Positions 36,648 through 51,659 of a stretch of DNA of 59,109 nt are shown here, piece after piece. This stretch comes from Puniceicoccales bacterium (GTDB taxonomy: Bacteria > Verrucomicrobiota > Verrucomicrobiia > Opitutales > JAIRLM01). The notes beneath the pieces were generated by a model that was not told where the DNA came from, did no database searches, and saw nothing but the letters and a program-made list of their open reading frames with translations. Made by a program: the position numbers and the translations under genes. Every line of letters begins with the position of its first letter. Position 1 is the stretch's first letter. The stretch spans positions 1 through 59,109 of the forward strand of contig JAITOA010000018.1 in NCBI GenBank assembly GCA_031290195.1. The letters run 5' to 3'.

Positions 36648-39032
36648 ATGGAAGAAGATAAGCAGCGGGTGGCTTCGGTGCAGACGCATTTGGAGACGGC
36701 CGAAGGGTTGGGCATTGATATTTCGACGGGAAATCTTGCCGGACAGGCCAATGGGGCGGTCACCGTCCAGCTGGGAGAAACCGTCGTTTTTGTTGCCGTG
36801 ACCGCAGCGGAAAAAGTTTCCTCGGAGCAGGATTACTTTCCTCTTGGGGTAGAGTATCGGGAAAAATTTTGCGCCGCCGGTCGCTTCCCGGGTGGCTACG
36901 TACGCCGGGAAGGCCGCCCCTCCGAAAAGGAAATTCTTACGGCACGGCTTTGTGACCGCCCACTTCGGCCGCTATTTCCTAGGGGGTTTCGCAATGAGGT
37001 GCAGGTGGTTGGCATGGTCCTCGCCGCTGACCTTGGAAACGAGCCGGACGTGCTCATGGTAAACGGTGCCTCTGCGGCCCTCCTCTGTTCGGATATTCCC
37101 TGGAATGGCCCCATTGGCTGTGTGCGCATCGGAGAAGTAAAGGGTGAGTTCGTTATAAATCCGACCAATGGAGAGCTTTTTGAGTCTAACCTCGACCTTC
37201 TCTACGTGGGAAATGAGCGGGACATGCTGATGATCGAAGGGAGCGCAGACCAAATCTCCGAATCCCGCTTTCTGGAGGCACTAACCTTTGCCCAGGAACA
37301 AATCCAGAGCGTCATTGCTGCCCAGCGCCGGCTCGCCGCAAAGGCTGGGAAAGCAAAGCGAACATTCCCACTATTTGCGGTTCCGCAGGACATTCTGGCC
37401 CACTGCGCCATGGTCTACGGACAGGACCTGGCGGCGGCGGTTGCCCTGGCGACAAAACCAACCAGGGAAGCCGCCATACGGGAAATTCAGGGAAAAGCGC
37501 TTGTTTCCGTGCGGGAAAAATTCGGAGAATCCGTTCAATCCCATGCCGTTGCCATGGCCTTTGAGGAATTGCAGGAAAATTTGTACCGCAAGGCAATTTT
37601 GGAAGGAAAGCAGCGGGTGGATGGCCGTTCCGCCGAAGACCTTCGGGCCATTACCTGCGCAGCGGGCTTTTTACCCCGCGTCCATGGAGTTTCTCTATTC
37701 CAAAGAGGAGAAACTCAGGCCATGGTGTCGGTAACGCTAGGGACAGGCCGAGATGCCCAGGCGTTGGAAGGAATCACGGGTGGGGTTAATGAAAAGTCCT
37801 TCATTCTACACTACAATTTCCCGCCATTTTCCGTCGGCGAAACGGGGCGTTTTGGGTCACCGGGACGCAGGGAAGTTGGCCATGGGGCCCTTGCCGAACG
37901 GGCTCTCCTTCCCGTCATCCCCGATGCGGAAACCTTTCCCTATTCCCTACGCGTGGTGTCGGAAGTTTTGGAATCCAACGGTTCCTCTTCCATGGCAACG
38001 GTCTGCGGAGGATCACTGGCTCTCATGGATGCGGGAGTTCCTCTGCTGGCTCCGGTTTCGGGAATTTCCACGGGCTTGATTACGGAAAGGGACAGTGAGG
38101 GAAACATTACGAAGTACGTAGTTCTCACGGACATCCTCGGTTCAGAGGATCACTACGGGGACATGGACTTCAAAATTGCCGGAACGAATGAGGGGATCAC
38201 TGGCTTTCAGTTGGATCTGAAAATTGCTGGCCTTCCCTTCGCCATTGCCGAGGAGGCCGTCCGTTGCAATACGAGGGCGCGGAGTCACATTGCAAAAATT
38301 ATGGAAGAAACCCTTGCCGAACCGCGGACGGACCTAAAGCCCTGGGCGCCCCGCATGCGGCAAATTCAAATCCCCGCGGATAAGATTGGTGCGCTCATCG
38401 GTCCCGGCGGAAAAAACATTCGGCGCATCGCCGAAGAAACGGGCGCTAAAATTGACGTGGATTCGAATAATAGCGGTCGCGTTATGGTATTTGCATCTTC
38501 CGCTGCGGCATTGGATGCGGCGATACGGGAAATTGGACTTATGAACTGTGAAATTGAAGTTGGGAAAACCTACCGCGGCGTCGTGCGCGGCATTAAGGAA
38601 TTCGGTGTTTTTGTGGAGTGCCTACCAGGAAAGGAGGGGTTGGTGCACATTTCCGAGCTGGACGAAGGTCGCGTGGAAAATGCGGAGGATATTTGCCGTA
38701 TCGGAGACGAAATGGTTGTCCGCTGCATTGGTTCCGACGAAAGAGGTCGCGTGAAATTAAGTCGAAGGGCCGCCCTTTGCGATGCTCGCGGGGTACCCTA
38801 TGAGCCAGCGAGAGCTCCGGCGTTTCGTCCCTCCGGGGGTGGATTCGGCGGTCCCCGCAGGGATTTTCCTTCGGGCGGCGATAGGGGGCGCGGCGGACCA
38901 CCGAGGGGAAGGCCCGGAGAAAATCGTCCCTTTGGCGGCGGTGACCGCCGCGGCGGAGGAAGAGACAGCGGAGGAGGAGCACGCCGCGGCGGCTCGGACC
39001 GCGGATGGCAGCGGGGTGGCCGCGACTACTGA
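36648..39032 (+). CDS. pnp: polyribonucleotide nucleotidyltransferase (PNPase) with Arg/Gly-rich C-terminal tail
   Basis: Two RNase PH domains, KH ([15 protein letters not shown]), S1 ([19 protein letters not shown]), then a tail of roughly 75 aa rich in RGG/GGR. Confidence 0.97.
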   Translation: MEEDKQRVASVQTHLETAEGLGIDISTGNLAGQANGAVTVQLGETVVFVAVTAAEKVSSEQDYFPLGVEYREKFCAAGRFPGGYVRREGRPSEKEILTARLCDRPLRPLFPRGFRNEVQVVGMVLAADLGNEPDVLMVNGASAALLCSDIPWNGPIGCVRIGEVKGEFVINPTNGELFESNLDLLYVGNERDMLMIEGSADQISESRFLEALTFAQEQIQSVIAAQRRLAAKAGKAKRTFPLFAVPQDILAHCAMVYGQDLAAAVALATKPTREAAIREIQGKALVSVREKFGESVQSHAVAMAFEELQENLYRKAILEGKQRVDGRSAEDLRAITCAAGFLPRVHGVSLFQRGETQAMVSVTLGTGRDAQALEGITGGVNEKSFILHYNFPPFSVGETGRFGSPGRREVGHGALAERALLPVIPDAETFPYSLRVVSEVLESNGSSSMATVCGGSLALMDAGVPLLAPVSGISTGLITERDSEGNITKYVVLTDILGSEDHYGDMDFKIAGTNEGITGFQLDLKIAGLPFAIAEEAVRCNTRARSHIAKIMEETLAEPRTDLKPWAPRMRQIQIPADKIGALIGPGGKNIRRIAEETGAKIDVDSNNSGRVMVFASSAAALDAAIREIGLMNCEIEVGKTYRGVVRGIKEFGVFVECLPGKEGLVHISELDEGRVENAEDICRIGDEMVVRCIGSDERGRVKLSRRAALCDARGVPYEPARAPAFRPSGGGFGGPRRDFPSGGDRGRGGPPRGRPGENRPFGGGDRRGGGRDSGGGARRGGSDRGWQRGGRDY

Positions 39033-39059
39033 TGATGGCATCCTAGCCGGGACTAGGAC

Positions 39060-39956
39060 ATGGGTCAGGCGGTAATGTTCAGTGGCCAAGGTGCCCAGTT
39101 TGTTGGCATGGGCCAGGCTCTCCAAGGTCGTTCCCGGAAAATGTGGGAATGCTTCGAGCGAGCCGGCGCCCTCCTTGGCTATGATATTTCGCGCATCTGT
39201 TTCCAGGGACCACCGGAGTTACTTGCGGAGACTATCATCTGCCAGCCGGCTCTCTTCACGGTCGGTTGGGGGGCTTTTTTAACGCTCCAGGAGGGTGGTT
39301 TTCTGGATGGTCTCACTGTTTGCTGCGGCCAGAGCCTCGGGGAGTGGGTTGCCTTGGTTGCAACTGGGATTGTCACCTTTGAGGATGGGCTCCACGCCGT
39401 TTCCCAGAGGGCTCGCTTCATGCAGGATGCCTGCGAGGGAGAAGAGGGTGCCATGGCCGCATTTATTGGGGGGCAACGTCCGAGAGTTCTGGAGCTTTGC
39501 GCGCTAGCGTCTGTCACCATTTCCAATTTCAATGCGCCGGACCAGGTCGTTATTTCTGGGAAAAGAGAAAATGTGGCGGAAGCCATTACCATGGCGGAAA
39601 AATTCGGAATTCGCCGCGCCGTAGCCCTTAATGTTGCTGGGGCCTACCACTGCTCCATGATGGCAACTGCAAAGGAGCGCTTCGCCGAAGTTGTGGAGTC
39701 TCTGCCAATGAAATGTCCGTGCGTCCCTTTTATTTCCAATGTTACCGGAAAGGTGGTTGAGGATCCGGAGGAAATTCGCCGGCTGATTATTGAACAGATT
39801 GTGTCCCCCGTGCGCTGGGAGGACTGCATGAAAACGGCCTGGGAACTTGGCGCCAGAACATTCTACGAGTGCGGGGCTGGAAAAGTTCTCGTCGGACTCT
39901 GCCGAAAAAATTTACCTGATGCCAGGGCAATTTCCGCCGAGGAACTGCCAGTCTGA
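39060..39956 (+). CDS. fabD: malonyl CoA-ACP transacylase
   Basis: MFSGQGAQFVGMG, active-site GQSLGEW, and NVAGAYHCSMM. Confidence 0.95.
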   Translation: MGQAVMFSGQGAQFVGMGQALQGRSRKMWECFERAGALLGYDISRICFQGPPELLAETIICQPALFTVGWGAFLTLQEGGFLDGLTVCCGQSLGEWVALVATGIVTFEDGLHAVSQRARFMQDACEGEEGAMAAFIGGQRPRVLELCALASVTISNFNAPDQVVISGKRENVAEAITMAEKFGIRRAVALNVAGAYHCSMMATAKERFAEVVESLPMKCPCVPFISNVTGKVVEDPEEIRRLIIEQIVSPVRWEDCMKTAWELGARTFYECGAGKVLVGLCRKNLPDARAISAEELPV

Positions 39957-39962
39957 TACCGT

Positions 39963-41294
39963 TCAACCGATGTCCAAATTCAACGCTCCCATGGTCTTGC
40001 CAACGAGGTGTAGGGAACCGGCAACGAGAACAAAATCACAGGAAATGGTATCGGGGAGTTTGCCCAAATCCTCTTCCGGGAAGATGATGACTTTTCCAGA
40101 AAAATCATCGGGGACGAGGGAGCGGAGGGTGTCAACCGGCGTTGCCCGCTCCTCATCCAGGGAAACGAGGACCAATTCCGAGGCAACGGAGCAGAAAAAA
40201 GGCATGAGGTCTTCGGCCCGGCGTTGGCCCAGCATGGCGGCCACGACGGTGGGACGGCGGCGAAAATCGGAGGGCAAATTCTCCCAATTTTTCTTCAACA
40301 TGTTCAACCCATGCACGTTGTGTGTACCATCGAAGATCCAAGATTTCCCCTGAATTTCCCTCCGATCCCAGCGCCCCGACCAGCGGGCCTGGGTCATTCC
40401 GTGGATGCAGCGGTGCCATGTATCTCCGTCGAACTTCTTCAGACCACACAGCCAATGGCGAGCGATGGCACGGGCAAGTTGAAAATTTTCCTCCTGTTCA
40501 ACGCCATGGAGAAATTGCAGCGGAGGCAAAATAAACTCCCCTGGGCGTAGAACCAAAACGCCGACGGCCTCGGCAACCTTTTCAATGACACTAAACGCGG
40601 ACGGAGATACGTTGCCAACGAAGACGGGAACGCCACCCTTGAGGATGCCCGCCTTCTCCCAGGCAATATCTGCTTCGCCCTCGCCAAAAAACTCTGTGTG
40701 GTCCAGTCCTATTGTGGTAATGGCGCAAATCTCGGGGTAAACGGCGTTGGTTGCGTCCCATCGGCCGCCGAACCCCGTTTCCAGGATAGAAACGTCCACG
40801 GCAAGCCGCTGGAAATAGTCCAGTGCCGCTGCGGTCAAAATTTCAAAACTTGATGGCACAGTTAGTGGATCCTCCGTTGCAATGGACCTTGCCAGCTGAT
40901 CCCAGTGTGCAATTAGTTCAATAAAATCTTCATTGGGAATCGGTTGACCATTTATGCGAATGCGTTCGTTCCAGTGGACAAGGTGGGGAGAAGAATAGAA
41001 GCCAGTGCGAAGCCCAATTTCCCGAAATCCGCGTTCCAACATCGCGCAAACGGAGCCTTTCCCATTGGTTCCCGCCACATGGAGGAAGGGACCGGCGCAG
41101 CACACTCCGCCGGCTGCCATTAGTCGGTACATACGATTGAAACTTCCCGTTTTCCTTTCCCGCCATGGAGGGCAACTCGCATCCGCAGACCGGCTGTTAT
41201 AATTCCCCAATATCCCCATTGGAACCCTGGGGATCCTACTAAAAAAATTTTTTCTCCGTTCAACATCATTTCCAAAAAGACGCGACCATTTCAC
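39963..41294 (-). CDS. folC: folylpolyglutamate synthase / dihydrofolate synthase
   Basis: Mur-ligase P-loop HVAGTNGKGS and FDGTHNVHGL. Size is typical of FolC. Confidence 0.9.
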   Translation of the reverse strand: MKWSRLFGNDVERRKNFFSRIPRVPMGILGNYNSRSADASCPPWRERKTGSFNRMYRLMAAGGVCCAGPFLHVAGTNGKGSVCAMLERGFREIGLRTGFYSSPHLVHWNERIRINGQPIPNEDFIELIAHWDQLARSIATEDPLTVPSSFEILTAAALDYFQRLAVDVSILETGFGGRWDATNAVYPEICAITTIGLDHTEFFGEGEADIAWEKAGILKGGVPVFVGNVSPSAFSVIEKVAEAVGVLVLRPGEFILPPLQFLHGVEQEENFQLARAIARHWLCGLKKFDGDTWHRCIHGMTQARWSGRWDRREIQGKSWIFDGTHNVHGLNMLKKNWENLPSDFRRRPTVVAAMLGQRRAEDLMPFFCSVASELVLVSLDEERATPVDTLRSLVPDDFSGKVIIFPEEDLGKLPDTISCDFVLVAGSLHLVGKTMGALNLDIG

Positions 41295-41529
41295 GGTCCA
41301 CTCTGGTTGTAGAAGTCAAAATGGCAGTCCTAGAACCTACATTAATGGTGGACGCCTCCGGGGCTAAAAATTAGCTTTTTTGGCAAGCTTGTTTTTGAAA
41401 GGGGGCAATGTGGTTGGCCGCACCCGTTGAAGATTGGAAGGCCCAGTCCCGCGAAGTTCTCCCCAAAAAAAATAGCAACGTAGCTTGACACTGACGGCCG
41501 TGGCCGTAGATGAAAGTCAAGCAGAGTGT

Positions 41530-42825
41530 ATGAGCCAGCAGATCTTGACGGTTTTGGATTACATGGAAAAGGAGAAAGGTATTCCCAGGACCGAGATGGT
41601 CCGCGCCATCTCCAGCGCCATCATATTCGCCGCCCAGCGGAGTGTCAATGCGGGTCAAGACCTGGAGGTTTCCATTAATCCGAAGACGGGTGCTTTGAAG
41701 GCGTTTGCCAGGCTCTGCGTGGTAGATTCCGTGGGGGACCCCAACAGGGAAATTCACATTCAAAAAGCTAGGGAAACGGATCAAAACATAAAAATCGGCG
41801 ACACGCTACGCCGGGAGATTGATCCGACGGTCCTCGGACGCATTGCCGCCCAGGCCGCCCGCCATGCCATCGGCCAGAGCGTCCGTGAACACGAGCGTAA
41901 TCGGGTCACGGGCCAGTATGAACGACTCGTAGGCACCATCGTCGGCGGAACGATTATTCGTCGGGAACTTCGAGAAAACAGATATACGGACAAAGGACCA
42001 ATGGTGGACTTCGTCGTAGACATCAGCGGCGATGAGGGTGTGCTGGCCCAGCGGGACGTCATTCCCGGTGAAGAACTGCGGACGGGGGGCGGTGTGCGTG
42101 CACTGCTGGTTGGGCTCAACGGAAATAATTCCGGGCCTCTTCTCACTCTTTCCCGTACGTCTCCCCGCTTCATTGCTGCGCTTTTACAGTTGGAAATCGC
42201 CGAGTTGGCTGACGGCACCATAGAAATCGTGCGCCTTGTCCGCGACGCCGGTTACAGGACGAAGATAGCCGTCCGTAGCCGAGATAGGCGGGTGGATGCG
42301 GTGGGGGCTTGCATCGGTGCCCACGGGGCTCGCATTAAAAATATTTTGAAGGAACTTGGCGGGGAAAAAATTGATATCATGGCCTATGATGATGACCTGG
42401 AAAAATTTTTTCACGAAGCATTGCGTCCAGCAGTTCCACAAAATATTCAAGTCGACGCGGCCAATCAGCGCATCCGCTTCGAAGTCCCCGAAGGAGATTT
42501 GGCCCTTGTCATTGGACGCGGCGGCAAAAACGCCCGTCTGACTTCCCGTCTGCTTAACTGGCGCCTGGATATCGCAACGGCAAGTTCCGGACAGGTCAAA
42601 TTTGACCTCAATGTACAAAAGGCCGTGGAGGTCCTCAATGCGCACATCGGGTTGCCCGAGGAATGCGCCGCCAGGCTTATCACCATCGGCATAACGACTC
42701 CTGAGGCATTGGATGGGGTGACCGTCGGAGATCTCGTGGATGCGGGACTGGAAATGAAAGATGCCGTGCTGACCGTGGATGCGTACAAGCTGTACCTGAA
42801 ACGACGGGATACTGGGGAAATTTAA
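41530..42825 (+). CDS. nusA: transcription termination/antitermination factor NusA
   Basis: N-terminal ILTVLDYMEKEKGIPRTEMVRAISSAI, S1 domain, and two KH domains (CIGAHGARIKNI; VIGRGGKNARL). ATG 41530 preferred over TTG 41485. Confidence 0.95.
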   Translation: MSQQILTVLDYMEKEKGIPRTEMVRAISSAIIFAAQRSVNAGQDLEVSINPKTGALKAFARLCVVDSVGDPNREIHIQKARETDQNIKIGDTLRREIDPTVLGRIAAQAARHAIGQSVREHERNRVTGQYERLVGTIVGGTIIRRELRENRYTDKGPMVDFVVDISGDEGVLAQRDVIPGEELRTGGGVRALLVGLNGNNSGPLLTLSRTSPRFIAALLQLEIAELADGTIEIVRLVRDAGYRTKIAVRSRDRRVDAVGACIGAHGARIKNILKELGGEKIDIMAYDDDLEKFFHEALRPAVPQNIQVDAANQRIRFEVPEGDLALVIGRGGKNARLTSRLLNWRLDIATASSGQVKFDLNVQKAVEVLNAHIGLPEECAARLITIGITTPEALDGVTVGDLVDAGLEMKDAVLTVDAYKLYLKRRDTGEI

Positions 42826-42863
42826 ATTTTTTGGCGGTCGCATGCCGACATATGGTAATAGTA

Positions 42864-45539
42864 ATGAGTACGCGCGTTTATTTGCTTTCGAAAAGACTGG
42901 GAATTTCCAATAGGGAACTGATAGATCTCCTACAGGCGAAGGGCTTCGACGTCAGTAGCGCTTCCAGCTCCGTCGCGGACATCTACGCGGAAGACATCTT
43001 GAAGGAATTCGGCCAAAGAGACGTTGCCTCCGGAGAAGAGGAGGAGAACGTTTTGAAAACCGGCTCATCACCTAAAAGTGCGGCAACTGAAAATTTCAGT
43101 GGGCTCGGTGATGTGGATGTCGCCGGCGTAAATTCCCGGGGAAATGTTGGCAAGGGAAGTGATTTTGTCCAGGATGGAGGAGTGCGGCAACGGAGCGGGG
43201 AAATGCCCGAAACAAAGGCCCCCCCCCCAGTTCCATCGCCTCCGGAAAAAGTTCAGGGATCACGACCTCCGCAGCGGGAAAGAATCATGCCTCAGCTCCT
43301 GAAGGTTCCTTCCAAGGAATCGCCGGTGGAACGTCCTCGAATGATTCCACTGGAGAGGCTGCAGTCTTCCATAAGAGCACAGTATAATCGCTTCAACGGA
43401 CGCAATGAAAGGCATAGTGGAGAGAAATTTCCCTTCCATGATCGGAGAGGACCGCAGCAGCAGTTGGGTGGTGGAGATGGTCGTAGTGGACGAGACTTTC
43501 ACGGCGGACGGACGGACCGATTCGGTGAAAATCGACCCTTTTCTCCCGGATTGAGCCGGCCGGGCATTCCAGGAAGTGGAGGCCAGGAATTGCGCCGCGG
43601 GGACTTCCGCGCTCCCGCTCGGCAAGTTCCCGCGGCGCCGAAACCAATGGAAAGCGATGTCTTTCGTCCGCGCCCCGCGCCCGTTGTTCCCGCGCAGCAG
43701 TTTGCAATACCGATGGCGGCAGAATTCCCAAGTTTAGCAGCCAAAAAAATTCTGCCGATGAAATTTCCGGTCAGCGTCCGTGAGTTTGCTCCGGAAATTG
43801 GATTAAAACCCTTCCAGCTCATCTCGGAACTGATGCAAATGGGTATTTTTGCCTCCATGAACTACCTGATGGATGAGCCTATTGCCCAAAAAGTTGCAGG
43901 GAAATTTGGCTTTTCCGTTGAGGTGCGGCGCGATCCCATTGCCGCGGCACCGGTCCAACGCGTGGCAAGAGCCAAGCGAATTTCCCCGGACATCACTCTG
44001 GAAGAACGTCCTCCCATCGTCTGCGTCCTAGGCCACGTTGACCATGGCAAGACAACCTTGCTCGATGCCATCCGTCGGACCAGCGTCGCAGCTGGGGAAG
44101 CGGGTGGAATTACCCAGCACATTGGTGCCTATGGGGTGGAGTGTGGTGGGCGCAAAATTACCTTCATCGACACCCCCGGACATGCGGCGTTTTCCAAGAT
44201 GCGGGAGCGGGGCGCCAATTTGACGGACATCGCTATTCTCGTGGTAGCCGCGGATGATGGGTTCATGCCTCAAACCGATGAAGCTCTCAAATTCGCTCAG
44301 AAAGCCGGGGTTCCCGTCGTGGTGGCCATCAATAAAATGGACGCCAAGGGTGCCAATTTAGACCGAGTTAAGCAGCAAATGCAGCAGAGAGGAATTGCCT
44401 CGGAAGATTGGGGCGGTGAGACTCTTTGCACAATAATTTCTGCCCTGAAGGGCGAGGGAATCCAGGCGCTTCTAGAATTAATTCTCGTGCAGGCAGAGAT
44501 GTTGGCGCTGCAGGCCGATTACCACGGTCCGGTACAGGGAGTCGTCGTGGAGTCTCAAGTCGAAGTCGGCCGGGGACCAACCGCCTCTGCCATCGTGCAG
44601 GAAGGAACTCTCAAAGTGGGCGATGCACTGGTCTGCGGTGTTCAGTTTTGCAAGGTGCGATCGCTGGTCGGGGACCGTGGCCAAACGCTCGAGGAAGCAT
44701 CGCCGTCGACTCCGGTGAAAATTTCCGGATGGAGCGGACCACTGGAAGTAGGTGCGGTGTTCGTTCGGGCGGAAAGTGAAAAGGTCGCTCGGGCCCAAGC
44801 CGATGAAAACCGATTGGCGGAAGAAGCTCCCGCGGGTGATAGCCTTCCACAGGAGAGAGGCCGACGGAGGCAGGATGCTGCCAAGGGGAGTTTGGATGTC
44901 CTCTTTGCGGCCATAAATGCCAAGCAAAAGAAGACCCTGCGCGTAGTTCTACGGGCGGATGTGAGGGGTAGCGCTGAGGCTCTTTCGGCCTGTTTGAATG
45001 CGCTACCCCAGGAAAAAATTGAATTGGAGATTCTTCAGGAAGAAGTGGGACTTGTCTCCAAGGGAGACGTAGAATTTTCCGTATCTTCCGGAGCCGTCAT
45101 TGTCGCCTTTAACACAAAGATGGAAAATGGGGTGCAGGCATTGCTTAAGCAGCACGGAGTGCGGCTTCTCCAACACAATATCATCTACATGATCATCGAA
45201 CAGGTACGCGACGCCATGGCGGACTTGCTGGAACCGGAAATCCAGGAAGAAAAGCTAGGGGTTGCCCAGGTGCGACAGGTGTTTACTCTCTCCAAGGGGG
45301 TCATCGCCGGCTGCATGGTAACCGAAGGAAAAATCATCCGCGATGCTCTGGCTCGAATTCATAGGGAGGGGAAGCAAATTTCCGAGGGGAAAATTACTTC
45401 CCTGCGGAGGACCAAGGAAGATGCGACGGAAGTGCGGGCGGGCTATGAATGTGGAATTTCCCTTTCAAACTATGAATTTTACCAGGTCGGTGATTCCGTT
45501 GAGTGCTACAAAATTAACAAAATTCGACCCAATCTTTAG
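42864..45539 (+). CDS. infB: translation initiation factor IF-2
   Basis: N-terminal [24 protein letters not shown] domain [14 protein letters not shown] / DTPGHAAF / NKMD, and a low-complexity Pro/Arg/Gly linker. Confidence 0.96.
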   Translation: MSTRVYLLSKRLGISNRELIDLLQAKGFDVSSASSSVADIYAEDILKEFGQRDVASGEEEENVLKTGSSPKSAATENFSGLGDVDVAGVNSRGNVGKGSDFVQDGGVRQRSGEMPETKAPPPVPSPPEKVQGSRPPQRERIMPQLLKVPSKESPVERPRMIPLERLQSSIRAQYNRFNGRNERHSGEKFPFHDRRGPQQQLGGGDGRSGRDFHGGRTDRFGENRPFSPGLSRPGIPGSGGQELRRGDFRAPARQVPAAPKPMESDVFRPRPAPVVPAQQFAIPMAAEFPSLAAKKILPMKFPVSVREFAPEIGLKPFQLISELMQMGIFASMNYLMDEPIAQKVAGKFGFSVEVRRDPIAAAPVQRVARAKRISPDITLEERPPIVCVLGHVDHGKTTLLDAIRRTSVAAGEAGGITQHIGAYGVECGGRKITFIDTPGHAAFSKMRERGANLTDIAILVVAADDGFMPQTDEALKFAQKAGVPVVVAINKMDAKGANLDRVKQQMQQRGIASEDWGGETLCTIISALKGEGIQALLELILVQAEMLALQADYHGPVQGVVVESQVEVGRGPTASAIVQEGTLKVGDALVCGVQFCKVRSLVGDRGQTLEEASPSTPVKISGWSGPLEVGAVFVRAESEKVARAQADENRLAEEAPAGDSLPQERGRRRQDAAKGSLDVLFAAINAKQKKTLRVVLRADVRGSAEALSACLNALPQEKIELEILQEEVGLVSKGDVEFSVSSGAVIVAFNTKMENGVQALLKQHGVRLLQHNIIYMIIEQVRDAMADLLEPEIQEEKLGVAQVRQVFTLSKGVIAGCMVTEGKIIRDALARIHREGKQISEGKITSLRRTKEDATEVRAGYECGISLSNYEFYQVGDSVECYKINKIRPNL
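43219..43228 (+). repeat. C10 homopolymer inside infB linker region
   Basis: ggCCCCCCCCCCag encodes APPP. Confidence 0.95.
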
Positions 45540-45541
45540 CC

Positions 45542-45883
45542 ATGGCCGACAGAATTTCCCGTCTCAGTGAACTGTTGCAGAGAGAATTGAGCATTTTACT
45601 GCACGGAAGGTTTTGCAGCGAAGCCGAGGCGATAACCATAACAAAAGTGAAAGTTACTTCCGACTTACACAGTGCGGAGGTATTTTTTTCTACTCACACC
45701 GACGGCGGAGAGACCGCGTGTTTGGAATTTTTGAACCGCCGGAGAGGGGAGCTGAAGCGTTTCCTTGCCCGACGCATTCGCATTCGCCAGTTCCCAGAGC
45801 TGCACTTTCACTTCGATCGGGGGCAGGTACATGAGCTGCGCGTCTACGCTATCCTCGATGGGCTGGCCGCGGAGAAGAAGTAA
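45542..45883 (+). CDS. rbfA: ribosome-binding factor A
   Basis: RLSELLQRELSILL..ITITKVKVTSDLHSAEVFFS..RIRQFPELHF. Located immediately after infB. Confidence 0.92.
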   Translation: MADRISRLSELLQRELSILLHGRFCSEAEAITITKVKVTSDLHSAEVFFSTHTDGGETACLEFLNRRRGELKRFLARRIRIRQFPELHFHFDRGQVHELRVYAILDGLAAEKK

Positions 45884-45913
45884 TTCATTTTTTTTTGCTC
45901 TTTGGGGCGGTGA

Positions 45914-50476
<4,563 letters not shown>

Positions 50477-50552
50477 TGGGGATTTTGGCAATGGAATTTT
50501 CAGAAAAGGGCATCCCCTTGACAGATGTTTTTTCAATGCACAAAATGTCCAG

Positions 50553-51089
50553 ATGGCAAGGGAGGGGCAGCGTGGATTTACTCTGCTGGAGATGGTGGTG
50601 GTCCTTACTCTCCTGGCGATGGCGTCGGCATTTACTTTTCACTTTCCGCAGCGTGCCACCCACGGATCCGTCGCATCCAAAGTACTTCAGTCCTATCTGC
50701 AGAGCGTGGTTGACCACGGCCTCTCCCACGGCACTTCTAACCGAAAATTACTCATTGGCAATTCGAAGCAGAGGGAAGGAGCCCTCTGTGAATTTCTTCT
50801 GGCAATCGAAGGGGAAGGAGAATTCGAAATCAGAGCAGATCTACGCTGTGACCTGAGCAACTTTGGCACCATTGCCCCGCCCGGTGACGGTCTCTGGGAT
50901 AGCCATTTCCCGGCTGTTCCACTGGAAATCAAGAACACCATGGCGGGGCGATGGCTTGCCGTTCCTTTGGAAAATTTTTTACCAACAACCGCCGATTCAC
51001 TGCGCATCGTCTTTCTCCCTCGGAACGGGAGTCGACCCACCCAATTCTCCATTTCCGCCAATGGAAAAGTTATCGCAGAAAAAATGTGA
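50553..51089 (+). CDS. prepilin-type N-terminal cleavage/methylation domain protein (pseudopilin)
   Basis: MAREGQRG/FTLLEMVVVLTLLAMASAF. Confidence 0.75.
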   Translation: MAREGQRGFTLLEMVVVLTLLAMASAFTFHFPQRATHGSVASKVLQSYLQSVVDHGLSHGTSNRKLLIGNSKQREGALCEFLLAIEGEGEFEIRADLRCDLSNFGTIAPPGDGLWDSHFPAVPLEIKNTMAGRWLAVPLENFLPTTADSLRIVFLPRNGSRPTQFSISANGKVIAEKM

Positions 51090-51456
51090 GGGATTTACCC
51101 TCATCGAAGTTGCGGCGGCTCTGGTACTTTTGCTGCCAGTGCTACTTCTGGCCAATGAAATGTTCCTCTACCTGCAACGCCAATTTGCCCTCCAGGTGGC
51201 CCGGGCAGAACTGCCGGAACTCCGTAGGACCCTCGAAGATTTTTTGGAAAAAACAAGTCGCACGCCACACGGCGGAGAGTCTACCGTAGGCGTCACCTGG
51301 CATCGGAACGATGCCGGAACGATTCAAATTGAAGAATTGCAGGACGAAAAATTGCCAAAAAAATACCTGCAACTCACTCCCGTGGCCGGCATCGACCTCT
51401 GGCGCTGCGAATGGCAAAATGGAGAACTGTTCCGTGCCTTCTTCCTGGCTCCCTAG
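51061..51456 (+). CDS. prepilin-type N-terminal cleavage/methylation domain protein (pseudopilin)
   Basis: MEKLSQKKCEG/FTLIEVAAALVLLLPVLLLA. Overlaps the preceding pseudopilin gene by 29 nt. Confidence 0.7.
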   Translation: MEKLSQKKCEGFTLIEVAAALVLLLPVLLLANEMFLYLQRQFALQVARAELPELRRTLEDFLEKTSRTPHGGESTVGVTWHRNDAGTIQIEELQDEKLPKKYLQLTPVAGIDLWRCEWQNGELFRAFFLAP

Positions 51457-51650
51457 GCGGGACAGGGGGTCTACTTGCGCCGAAAACGTCTTACCAAACT
51501 CCGACTCTCCTCGAAGAGCCAGCACCCGAACGTGGTGAATTTCATGGCAACGGGGAGTTGCCATCGTTAAAAATTTATTGCGCATCCGTGTGTTTTTTTA
51601 GAAAATTAAGAACCATGGGTAAAAAAGTCTTTGCGGATACCTCCTTGGGA

Positions 51651-51659
51651 GGGGGGGGG
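51651..51659 (+). repeat. G9 homopolymer at the translation start of autotransporter paralogue 2
   Basis: ttGGGAGGGGGGGGGATG. The tract fills the spacer between an SD-like GGGAGG and ATG 51660. If ATG 51615 is used instead, it encodes Gly-Gly-Gly. Confidence 0.95.
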
